Shown here one piece after another: positions 53,314-64,000 of a stretch of DNA of 64,000 nucleotides (the first letter of the stretch is position 1; each line of letters begins with the position of its first letter). Source of the DNA: Trichoplax adhaerens. Its lineage: Eukaryota > Animalia > Placozoa. A program made the translations under genes and the position numbers. Location: contig NW_002060946.1 in NCBI RefSeq assembly GCF_000150275.1, forward strand, positions 2,437,454 through 2,501,453, in the 5' to 3' direction. The notes beneath the pieces were generated by a model, which saw only the letters and a program-made list of their open reading frames with translations, was not told the DNA's origin and searched no databases.

Positions 53314-56306
53314 TTAAGTCTTAGTAATGCGTCTTTGGCCTCGTCTTGCATTCGGGCCCTGTGGTTTTGCAAAAGTTTTTTTCTGTTCAGCTTTGACTGG
53401 ATGGATTTCGCTCATAATATACTCTTCAGTTAGTTCAGAAGCATCATCAGTTTCGAGCTAGAATGCAACCAAATACGTGTATAGTAAGCAATAAGATTAA
53501 CTTAATCCATTGTCTAGATTGATAGGATTAGTTTCATCATACCTTACGAGCAATGCAAATTTTAAACTGTTCTTCAATCGTCTGAATAACCGGTGTCTTA
53601 CATGTAGAATATAACATTTTCTCTTTGATTGACGATTTGCTTACAGGTACAGCATAGATAAAAACTGAAAAAGAGTTACGGTTACTATTATATCCAGATT
53701 ACATATTGATTAGACGAATGTAACATTTATTAAACGATACTTGTTGATTCCACTTCGTTATCTTCGTAGATGTGCTTATAATTGAAGAGGTGATAACTGG
53801 CGTGAGCAATTGGAACCATACTCGATAACTGTGCTATGCTGATATTGTCAGTATTCTCTAATGTGATCTTTTCGTTTCCAGTGTCAACACCCTGGATATA
53901 ATGTACGTTATAAATTCTAAAGCAATCGTTTCGCTGTAAATTTGTTTCGAGTTATGATAATTGATAACATTGCCTTACCAAATGCAAGTAGTTAATATTT
54001 CCATCTTTGAATTCCTGTATCTTGTCCATAGCATCAGGATTGAATGGAAAAAATACGCTTTTCATGCTTGATTGTTTTGTGTCAATGCCAACTTCGACTC
54101 CAACCTATAAACAACAAGTTGAGAGCTATTCTTAACTTCACTTAAATAAATTGAGTAATTTATTAATTAGCTGATACATAGGGTTTACAGATTCTTCTTT
54201 GACGCTCTGTAATGTCTATTGCAGTTCATATTACCTCATTTTTCTTAATTTCCTGAGCTTCAACCTCTGCCATTGTCAGGGGTGGTGGGGCATTGGCGGA
54301 TTCTAGATGTTTATGAAATCCAGCTAAGCTCACATCCTCCTGTAAGAGTTAAATTAAACTTTCAAACCAACTTTAAAGTAGATATCGTTTGGATTATCAA
54401 TTAAGCTGTAATCATCAACCTATACGTGTAACAAAGCATTCTTGAAGATCTCATACCGGAACTGTGCCAAATAATTCTTGTTTAATATGATTATCTCCAA
54501 AGATTCTTTTGACTGTATATCGAGTAGACGCATACAACATTTTTTGCCTGACCTAATATGTTAAATAAATAGTAGAAAGCATTGTAAAAGGTGTATGTAC
54601 GAGATTCAACAATAGATTATGATAGGACTAGTGCAACAAGTAGTGACTTACAAGAGAGTTATCAGGAGAATAGCTAATAAATAGCCATTCGTATCCAATG
54701 TTACTCTTTCTGTCAAGCCTATAAAAAATATAGCATGGAGTCTTTTCTTCTAGGTTATTCAATACACAATTGTCATAATGTAATAGTGGTCAAGGCGAAA
54801 TACCAAAGTATGTAGACGAAGAATGTGTAAATAGAGTTGTTGTGAAGAAGTTACGCTGCAGCAAAATATTCCTTTATGTTACGTATATCAAGTAAATCAC
54901 AGTGCAATGAATATTCAATTTTTCGATTCTATCATTTGTCTTTCTACTATTAATAAACCATCGTTCAAGAAGACATCCAATTCGTAGTAGCATTGATGAA
55001 GAAATGTCATTTAGGAAATTAGTATAACCTAGTTCGAATATAAACATGTTAATCTGCTTGTAGTGTACTATAAATCCGAAAGAGATTATCAAGGAGAATC
55101 TCAAGTATCAGCTAACAATGACGTATTCCCTATGCACTATTAATTATTCATTAATCTTATAGCGCCATACAGCACTACATCATTCTAATGGTTACAATTC
55201 GCAATCACGATTTTTTAGATCACTACTAATAGAATGGTTGATATTCAATAAGAGTGAAGTATTCATTTTGCTCGAGGTCTAATGAAGAAGAATAAACTGC
55301 AGGAATACATTCTGAGTAATGTATGCGGAGATTACTCATGATTTGATATCATAAATTCAGCATAGGGATAAATTGATTATACATGATCTTAATCATGCTA
55401 TCAAAGGTATCAAAGGATATCATCTTCCCAAGTGCCAACACATTCGCCGGAAGTCGAAAGTACCAGACGTTCTGTGAACATATTACCAACAGATTATAAA
55501 ATTAGTACCATATTAATGATATACGCAGTAGCACTGTGTAATACGAGGTCTTTTGGACTCGTTGCTCAATAATTATAAGGGACTACTCTACGCAAGCAAA
55601 GAGCACGTAGTACAGTAGTTTATAAATGTAATTTTTTTCACAGTCATGATAGACTGTAAACAATTTGCAAGTTTGTCATGGTTATTCAAGTAGTGTAGCA
55701 CCTGGAGACTTATTAATTAATTCTTTGAGCGTAACTTGTATTACTTACCTTCTCTGATAGAAACTTTAATAAATCGTATATTGCCATCCTTGGAATCGGC
55801 TAAGAACGAAGCTAGTTCTTCGGTTGCTAAATCAAGTTTAAGCGGTGTATCATTAATACTGATCATGAGATTAAAACGGAATACGCGTCCTTGTCTAAGT
55901 TTAATGATTCAAATGTTTAGAGTTTAAGCGGTGTATCATTAATACTGATCATGAGATTAAAAACGGAATACGCGTCCTTGTCTAAGTTTAATGATTCAAA
56001 TGTATAGAAACGGCTATCTTATGATATTCTATTACAGTTAGCACTCCATTATTAATTAGTTGGTTACACTGATCCTAGTAAATCAATTCCAACATCAATA
56101 CAGTTTATAGCTTCATTTTTTAGCCGAGCTAGGCCATTTTCTATCGACAAACATCGTATCTGGCTCAAGACTACGATAACGTAGGCAGTTGATGCAACGG
56201 TTTACACAGTAAAATGATATGGAAGGAGTGACTGCAAACATTATGAACGTTGTTAACCTTTACATCCTTATCCATAATTACCGATTATTCCTGATTGATG
56301 GGACAT
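53314..56306 (-). CDS. TWF1: Twinfilin (two ADF-H domains plus capping-protein-binding tail), 341 aa. Exons 56306-56282, 55826-55749, 55471-55421, 54779-54652, 54552-54457, 54339-54235, 54104-53979, 53891-53741, 53664-53543, 53457-53314
   Basis: Absent from the ORF track because all exons are short. Translation gives [73 protein letters not shown]. Exons sum to 1026 nt. Likely co-orthologue of TWF1 and TWF2. Confidence 0.95.
54780..55420 (-). other. U12-type (minor spliceosome) AT-AC intron, twinfilin intron 3, 641 nt
   Basis: 5' site ATATCCTTTG. 3' end TTTCGCCTTGACCACTATTAC carries a CCTTGAC branch point about 10 nt from the terminal AC. Splicing restores W-E-D-D-Y-D. Confidence 0.93.
55835..56007. 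repeat. Near-perfect 86-bp tandem duplication in twinfilin intron 1
   Basis: 55835-55920 and 55921-56007 differ by one extra A and one substitution. Confidence 0.95.
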
Positions 56307-56544
56307 GGTGTATTTGATGTACCAGTAGATGAATATTATAAGCAAATGCTGAGATGATGGAGTCGAAAAGGAATTGGAAGAATTGCCTTGTACAGTATGC
56401 TTTTACTTGAGGTATGCGGTGCTCTAGTATTCTACTGACTAGACTGCCTCGTACCTATCCCAGTACACTATACCGTACACTTGATACAGTGTACAGCTCA
56501 GAATGCTAGCCTAGCAATTACCCATGGGCGTTTCTCCTTCAAAT

Positions 56545-56802
56545 GCTAATATCAAACTGGTCAAAATCCTATATTGTTCACTGCCAACAGAGCTACTCTA
56601 AAGGCTAAGATAGTACATCAGTTGATTTCCTTATTGAGCAATGAGCATGGCAAAAAAATCCATGTAAGCTTTTCATACGCTAATATCAATGTGGTCTAAA
56701 TCCTACATTGTCCACTCCCAACCGAGTTACTATCAACGCTAAGATAATGAATGCATCAGTTGATTTCCTCCTTTAGCATGGAAAAATCAATGCAAACTTT
56801 TC
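56545..56802. repeat. Diverged ~134-bp tandem duplication between twinfilin and RPAP3
   Basis: gctaatatcaa..ggtc.aaatccta.attgt.cact.ccaac.gag.tact...gctaagata...catcagttgatttcct at ~56545 and ~56679. Confidence 0.82.
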
Positions 56803-57739
56803 TCCATCATTTCTCTATTAGAATGATGGATTATAGATGCTGTACAGTATATATCTATCAAATTTGGTCATCCTAATCACTGGAAAGTCTTCACTGCGGT
56901 GAGTACATGGAAGAGCTTCAAATTGAGATTGTCGTAGAATTCTTCTATGCAGGGATACCTTAGCGATCACCTGTGGCTTTTTCTCCCTTCTGATCATCTC
57001 AGGTCTAAAGCATCGTTTAATTAATCGAAGCAATTCCCCCCCGTTCCAGCTAGCTCTGCTCACAGTCCATGATTGCAGAACGGGCAAGATGCACTATTTC
57101 TTGCTGTACCTCAAACGATGTCACCCCTTAGCCAGGTTTGTACTGTAGTACAAGCTGCATACTGTACGAGCGTAGCGGATAGCTCTTACTATAGACAGAA
57201 GTACAGTGCAAAGCCTGTCTTGACTACAGTACAAAGAAGAAGAAGTGGATACTAGACACTGTAAGAGAGTGACATCATTTTAGGTACAGACATGTACTGT
57301 AGTAGTGTATCGTATAGCATTATCAACTGTTGTTTTAAACAGTAGATAGTCAAGAGATCCTATATGATTTCCTGGCAAGTCCGGCTGCGTCTTACTACAG
57401 CATAATGTAGTAGCTTCTGTTTCAAACAGTATGTAGCCAAATATGTCTTTCGGACTATGGCAAGGACGGATGTACTGACATGACTAGAGCTACAGAACTA
57501 TGGGCTGCTAAATACGACGATAGTAATAGCGTTGCTAAGTTTCCAACCTTGGTCAGTTTTGGTTTGTTCCTGCTGGCATGGATTCCAACCGCTCAAATCT
57601 TGGCAACGTTTAGAAATTACATTCAAGCTATTTCGGTTTCAAGATTGAATAAGACGTTACTGTACGAGACAGTATAAGGATTCTACCGGTGATTCATCTT
57701 ACCAGGAAAGGTCTTCTTTGACGAGCATTGTTGGTCATC

Positions 57740-60700
57740 ATGGCGGATCCTGGCAGTATGTTTTCACTTCAGCAACAAGTCCGACAAAATCAGGAGGAGC
57801 TGCAAGATTTTTTACGCGATTTAAATAGTTGGGAAGATAAAATTAAAAAGAAAGATCAGGAATTATCTGTAAATAAGGAAGGCTCATCGGATAAGAAAGT
57901 ACGAGCACTAGCTTTGTACTTCAGTACTTTATATGTTGACGCTTGTACTCTAGAATGGGCTTCAAGTCTGCATGACACTATATCATTCAGCATTGTCTTG
58001 AGTATCGATAATTTAGGCGCAACATTGAGTACAGCATCCATGGATTACATAAAAATGATCTAATGTATCCTAGTATTGACATACATAGATATGATGCAAT
58101 CAATATACACTGCGAAACAAATTGATAAAATATTTTCATTTTACTATACGTCTTGCACACCATCTATCTTTAGTCTCATTCATTTTAGATTGCATGTTAC
58201 ATTTATAAAGTGCTGCTATCAGCATATGAAATTGTGCATGTCTTCGATATCGTTATTATGACTAGCAATAACGTCTATCATTTACAGAATTTTACAGCTA
58301 CATACATATAGCATATGTAACTACTTTGTAATGTTACTGCATAGTATAAACTAGCTAACATCCCATATAAGCATATATATAGGACTTAGCATGTCATGAT
58401 GACAATGTTCTAAAGGAATTCATAATTTCACAATTTTATTTTATTAGAATTTGCCACCAGTTCGAAATCGGCCTATCAAACAAACAAAAGAAGAAATAAA
58501 GAAACCGACAAATAAGCAATCAGACAAGCGAACTGAATCATCGAGAATATCATCCTATGATTACAGAAGTTGGGATAAATTTAATGTGGTAGGCATGGCA
58601 TAAATATCTGTTAGTGATCAGTTGTTTGTACGTATAGGATGTAGTCTGAACGAATCATAAATGGATGCAATCAATATAGAACTCAAGAACACAAATTATA
58701 AATTATTAGTGCAATACGGTTCAAATTTTGATTATTCTAATAATTTCACATGTAGTTACCACGGTAGTTGATGTAGCTATTTACATGATCAACTAAACTC
58801 CATCTCATACTCATCTATAGGATGAAGCTTTAGCTCACGTAAGCGATGAAGAAAAAGAAAGTACCCGCGATGAAACCAATACGGCCGATACTGCCTATAC
58901 CGAGGAATCTGAAGAAGAAAATGAGGAAATACTGCTGCAAAAAGCTCAATATCAAAAAAATAAAGTACAGTATAGTCACGATTAATTCCTTGCTCATTCA
59001 TTTTAATACTATCCTAACATCATTAAGTAATAATGTATTACTACAGATTTGTATTTTCTTTGCAAATTTGCAATAGGGTAATGAATTATTTAAGATTGGT
59101 AAATATGAGGAAGCCACCAAGTGCTACACACTTGGAATACAGGCTGATCCCAATAATGCAATACTATACGCAAATAGAGCAATGGCATTGCTGAAATTGA
59201 AAAGGTTTGTTAAATAATGCAATTCAATATGTATGTTTTTATGTCGGAGATATACAGGTGTGCGTATGTGTGATACTATCAGGATAATATATCAAAAGTT
59301 AAATTCTATTCAGACGTCCGATCACTTTGAACGCATAACTTACGGTTATTACACTATTATAAAACACGAGTGTGGAATATACTATATACTATTATACCAA
59401 TTATTCTTATATTGTGCGTAATTCTGAATTATCAGAGGTTATTAGAGTTCTTTCTGCTATTGGCGCATTGATTATATTTTGACAATTTCAATTTTTTAAT
59501 TTATTTGCATAAGATATTCTGAAGCTGAAAAAGATTGCACCTCTTCTATAGTTATTGATAAATCTTATACGAAAGCGTATAGTCGTAGAGGTACTGCTAG
59601 GATGTCACTGCAACGCTTAAATGATGCAATGGATGGTAAGAAAACTAACTACTTGACATATGCTGAAATAATATGATATTGCATTGCAATTTCTAGTGCA
59701 ATCTTTTATTAAAGACTAATATAGCTTAAATTTGTATTCTATGAATTGTGCCGATTGTGACAACATTATATATGTATTCGATCATCTGTTTGCAGATTTT
59801 AAGGAGGTTTTGAAAATAGAACCTGGAAACAAACTAGCTGTAAACGAATTGCAAAAAATAAAATCAAAGGTAGTAAGTGGAAAGGCATTTGCCTGCCTAA
59901 TATTAGATCAATGCTGCATGAGCTTAATGAGTGTTAATTAATGATTGATATATTATATTACATCAGTACTTAATACGAATATGCTTATCGTAATATCTTT
60001 TCTTATTTAGTTAAATGTAAAGAGTGATGGAAAATCGAATAATGAAATTCAGAAGCAGAAAACAGCCAAAATAAAAAAGGAAGTAAGTTACAGTTTTATT
60101 TGCAGGCTTTTATTCGTTATTTGCAAAGAAAACTGTTACTGTAGTAGTCGTAGCAAGTCTTCAGTTAACCTTTTTTAGGATTCTACTTTACCGGCACTAG
60201 ATTGAGTATAGTTTTAAGATTCGAGGTATATTATTTAGGAGCCACTCCGGCGGATACCGATTGAAGAGATTGGAAGTGATGAGGAAATTGTCGTGGATCA
60301 GCCACAAGAAAATCAAGATACTGTCGGAAAGTCGATACAGTCCAATAATGATCATGAAAATAAGATAGCCAAAGAATCAGAATCGATAACTGAAATAATC
60401 AGGTTGATTTTTGTTAATAAAAGCTTGATTTTTCCTTATAAGTTCTAGCTGCAAGGTAGCCTAAGATTTGAAAAATTGTTAGTAAGGTTCCAGTGGTACC
60501 ATTACGGACTAAGACTTTTAAGGTACCAACTTCGTCTATCCAATTTGAATCAGATTGGAAAGAAATTTGCCACAGTTCGCAGCTACTATATGAATACTTG
60601 CAAGTAGGAAAATAATCACGCTATCCAAGGCGTGACTAAGATGTTAAATTACTTGTTACTGTAGCTTTATGCGTGCAGTGCAATCGATAAAGTAATTCCT

Positions 60701-61262
60701 AAACTGGTGTCTCATATTTTGAAGGTTATCGAACCAAAGTTATACCCTAGACTATTTCAAGAATCTCTTGATTCGGAAAAATTCATAAAGATGATGAACG
60801 TATTCTTAAATTACTACTTACCGTAAGTATTATCATCATTCGTTGCGATCATATATGTAGTCGTTGTGATTTCTGTACAAGTATGGGCTATTTTCAATTT
60901 CTAAGATTAATGATAAGTTCAACTACGTGTGACTTTTTACGATCAATTAATGCAGCAATAATCGATCCGTCATTGAGGAACTCTTATCACTATCGAAAGT
61001 TAAACGATTCAGTATAGTGCTACTCTTTTTATCGGGGGATGAGAAGAAAAGTACGTATCGGTTACATGCAAAATCTTTAGCGTTTTTGGCAATAACTTTA
61101 TGTGTGATTGACTATATTGCACTTATATTTGACCTTACAAATATTGTAGTCGTAGCTGACCTCTTCAAGCAAATTCAACAATCCGTGGAAGAAATCTCTA
61201 CTGCAAAGGTCACCATGAAAGATATAAAGCAGTTAGCATCTACTTATAACGCTAAATTGTGA
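57740..61262 (+). CDS. RPAP3: RNA polymerase II-associated protein 3 (R2TP/HSP90 co-chaperone), 476 aa. Exons 57740-57898, 58448-58588, 58821-58964, 59077-59204, 59514-59635, 59796-59869, 60011-60082, 60239-60402, 60483-60603, 60725-60822, 60956-61050, 61150-61262
   Basis: N-terminal LQQQVRQNQEELQDFLRDLNSWEDKIKKKDQEL, LPPVRN, RISSYDYRSWDKFNV; TPR clamp GNELFK..YANRAMA..KAYSRRG; PLRRIPIEEIG; RPAP3_C motifs QFESDW and LSKVKRF. Exons sum to 1431 nt in frame. Confidence 0.94.
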
Positions 61263-61939
61263 TGATTAGCCCCTTTTAGAATGTCGAAATTAGTGCATCT
61301 GATTTAACTTTTTAGATTCCCCGAAAACATTTCATTCTAAAATTATTTTTTTGGCAGCTTTTTACCAGGGCTACTAAGTAGTTCTGCTTTTACTGTAAAT
61401 GATATTCTTAAAGTGTTGTGATAATTATGTATACATATAGTGTGAATAAATGAGTGATCTTCACCATGCACAACTAAAAATCATATCTTCACGTAAATGT
61501 TTACAGCTTTTTTTTACACGTTTATGCATTGAGTTGTACTTAAAATGTCTAAAAATTTAGTAGAGTCAGTAATTTTGGTATAAATTTGGATAATTTGGCT
61601 TTAAGTAATTGTAACTTTGGGTTACAATTACCTGAGAGATTCGTGTTAGTGAGTACATATTAGTATCATAATTCAGTGATAACTACTGTATATACTTTTT
61701 TCTGGTTGATTCTCTCCATATTACATACTTGATATGCCATAAACGAGAAAAGTGCTGATTGGTAACTTGCTAACTACCTGCTTCCTACAGTATGAGGTTT
61801 GACTACATCGAAATGCATTGTATGTATAAGTTAAGCGGTTGTTGTGTGTTGAATAATCTTCCAGATTATCAGTTTTGCGACATTCCATGCAATACTATGT
61901 ATTAAATTTCTTCTAGTCGTCATTCATGAAAAAATTTTG

Positions 61940-62305
61940 AAATTACTTCTACTCGCTATCATCACAGCAATCAACTGAGCTCTCAAGATCTTAAATGCAA
62001 TACAGGCAGTAGTTTACTGTGTTGATCTCACACAAGTACCGAAGTCCTGCGTAAAAAGAAAAGAGAAATTATTTCTACTTGATATCATACAAGGATAAAT
62101 TGAGCTCTCAAGATCGTAAATCCAATCTAGACAGTAGTTTACTATGCCGATCATTAGCGTATTGATCGCTGTATAGTGAATTTCCTTTTATTACTCGTCA
62201 TTTATGCAAGAAAAGTGAAATGACTTCTACCTGCTGTGGCATCACGCCAATCAACTGAGCTCTCAAGGGATCGTGAATTCAATACAGGCAGTAGTTTACT
62301 GTACT
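61940..62305. repeat. Three diverged ~85-bp direct repeats
   Basis: gaaatt.cttctac...tgagctctcaagatc.taaat.caatacaggcagtagtttact at ~61940, ~62065 and ~62217. Confidence 0.85.
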
Positions 62306-64000
62306 AATCTGTCTAATACAGTAGTGTAAGGTAGAGTGGATTCGGTATTTTATGCATGCATATTAGAGGAGTCGTCTATATTCATGTTGATCTATCTATT
62401 TATATCCTAAAGCACATAAACTGGCCCTAACCAGGCATAGCGAAAATAGTATGGCCCATACTTTGGCTTTTAAAATTTCATGTACCTTTACTGCCATAAG
62501 ACCATGAAGATCTATCTTTACCCATGATATTACAGTATACAATACTTTGCGTACTGTCAGGGATCGTAGTCAATGAACGTTTCCCACTACGGTACAATAC
62601 TGTAAGGTAGCGGTCAGCGAAAGCGCAACAACAAAAATTAAAGATCCGAATCCTGATGTAAAAGCTATTAAAAACCTGAAAATATAGCTCATCATATTTA
62701 ATATCTATAGATGGTACTGCCAAATTTGTGAGCTTTATTATCCTGTTTATATGATACATGGGGATATTTAATAGGTTACTGAGTGGGTCATTTAACTGTT
62801 ACAATTTTCGTGCACAAGTAACAGCCAGCTCTAAATTCAACCGATGAACTATTTCCGTTGGACGCTATTGTTTTTGGGGGATCCAATTCCTATATTGACG
62901 TCAACGTTTTACTTTCGAAATTTTCATTTGCAGTCAAATCGTACTTCATTAGCATTGAAAAATTGACATAGAGAATCCTTCATTGTTTGACGTGCATTTT
63001 CATCAAATTTTCGACTACATTAAAGTACCTCAAATCCAACTCTACATCCTTCCAAATGGAGTTGATTTGGCCTAAAAATGCCCGTCGACAAAATTGATAT
63101 TGCACAGTGTTTGACCACTACTTGTACAGTATTTAGCCTAATTTACTGCCTGTCACTTGATAGTTGGTACTGAAGCACGGTTGACTAAATTAAAACAGGT
63201 GTAGTGCTGACGCAGTAGCTGACTAAAAAGGGATATACTGTAGAGTACGGAACAATACTGTCCTGTACTGCATGAGCTGTACAGTGTACAGTGCACTGTC
63301 CAGTGGACCGTACTGTACACTGTACAGCGCAAACCGATGTCTACTGTAAGCATACAGTAGAGTAAACAGCACTAAGCCTTGGAGCTTGCTAATGTCAACT
63401 GTTCAAGTTAATTTAATTTATTTAATGAATGAGTGAATTCAGTGAATAACATTAAAGTGCAAAAAGGATCTTTTGCACCTTTCAATAGGATGCATAGAAT
63501 ACACGCTTGAGTTTGCTTGCATTGTATAGTCTAGTAGAGACTGTCTCGCTGTGTGGAAATGGACTTGCCGGTTATATACTGTATACTGTTGCAACTTGCT
63601 CTGTCATTGGGGGGACTGGCAAAGGCAGTAAATTAGTATTTTGGGGATATAAATGATCGGTAGCGTTGCATACGTCGCAACGATCTATATGCATTAGACT
63701 AGAGTCATCGAGTGTATTAGCAACGTAAGCAAGAAGAGATTGTCTGACAAGTCTTTGATTGATAATTTCAGTATAGAAACATCATTGTCAAAGAGTAACA
63801 GTGATTTTCATGTTTTTGTATCATTAATTTCTATTTTACCACAGCTGTGGCAATATTCTCTATATTAAATATACTACCAATCTATTCAATAGTCCAACTC
63901 TGAACAGGAATCCATACCGGACACAACATTTTCCGACCATTTTATGACAAAGGTAACTAGTTTCATTTTTTTTTTTTCTCTCTCGCTCTCTCATCTTTGA

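Noticed and set aside
55829-55850. U12 branch point in twinfilin intron 1 (CGCTTAAAC)
   Set aside because: The donor is GTAATT, a U2 type, and the branch match is poor.
58846-59076. Lys-rich 76-aa ORF
   Set aside because: It is an alternative frame of the acidic RPAP3 exon 3 running into the intron.

Overview
AT-rich (roughly one-third GC by eye) eukaryotic, animal-type genomic DNA with many short introns. The composition and intron sizes suggest a non-bilaterian such as a placozoan (inference only). I rebuilt seven spliced genes by hand from splice sites and reading-frame continuity: PPP4R2 (+, 5' end not found), a PDZRN3/4-like RING-PDZ E3 ligase (-), three SLC28/CNT Na+/nucleoside cotransporter paralogues (-, -, +), twinfilin (-) and RPAP3 (+). 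Between them lie several local tandem repeats and dense TACAGTA/TACTGTA arrays. Main points: (1) twinfilin has a clear AT-AC minor-spliceosome (U12) intron and a second, degenerate U12-like GT-AG intron; (2) the gene order echoes human 3p13/12q12-13 neighbourhoods; (3) the CNT cluster differs in intron content, a selectivity residue and N-terminal tail, and two copies share a TATA-Inr plus ~4.5 kb 5'UTR-intron layout. I found no prokaryote-type system, CRISPR array, rRNA, intact tRNA or coding transposon, and I cannot claim a wholly new biological system. Comparisons to human genes are from memory and need checking.
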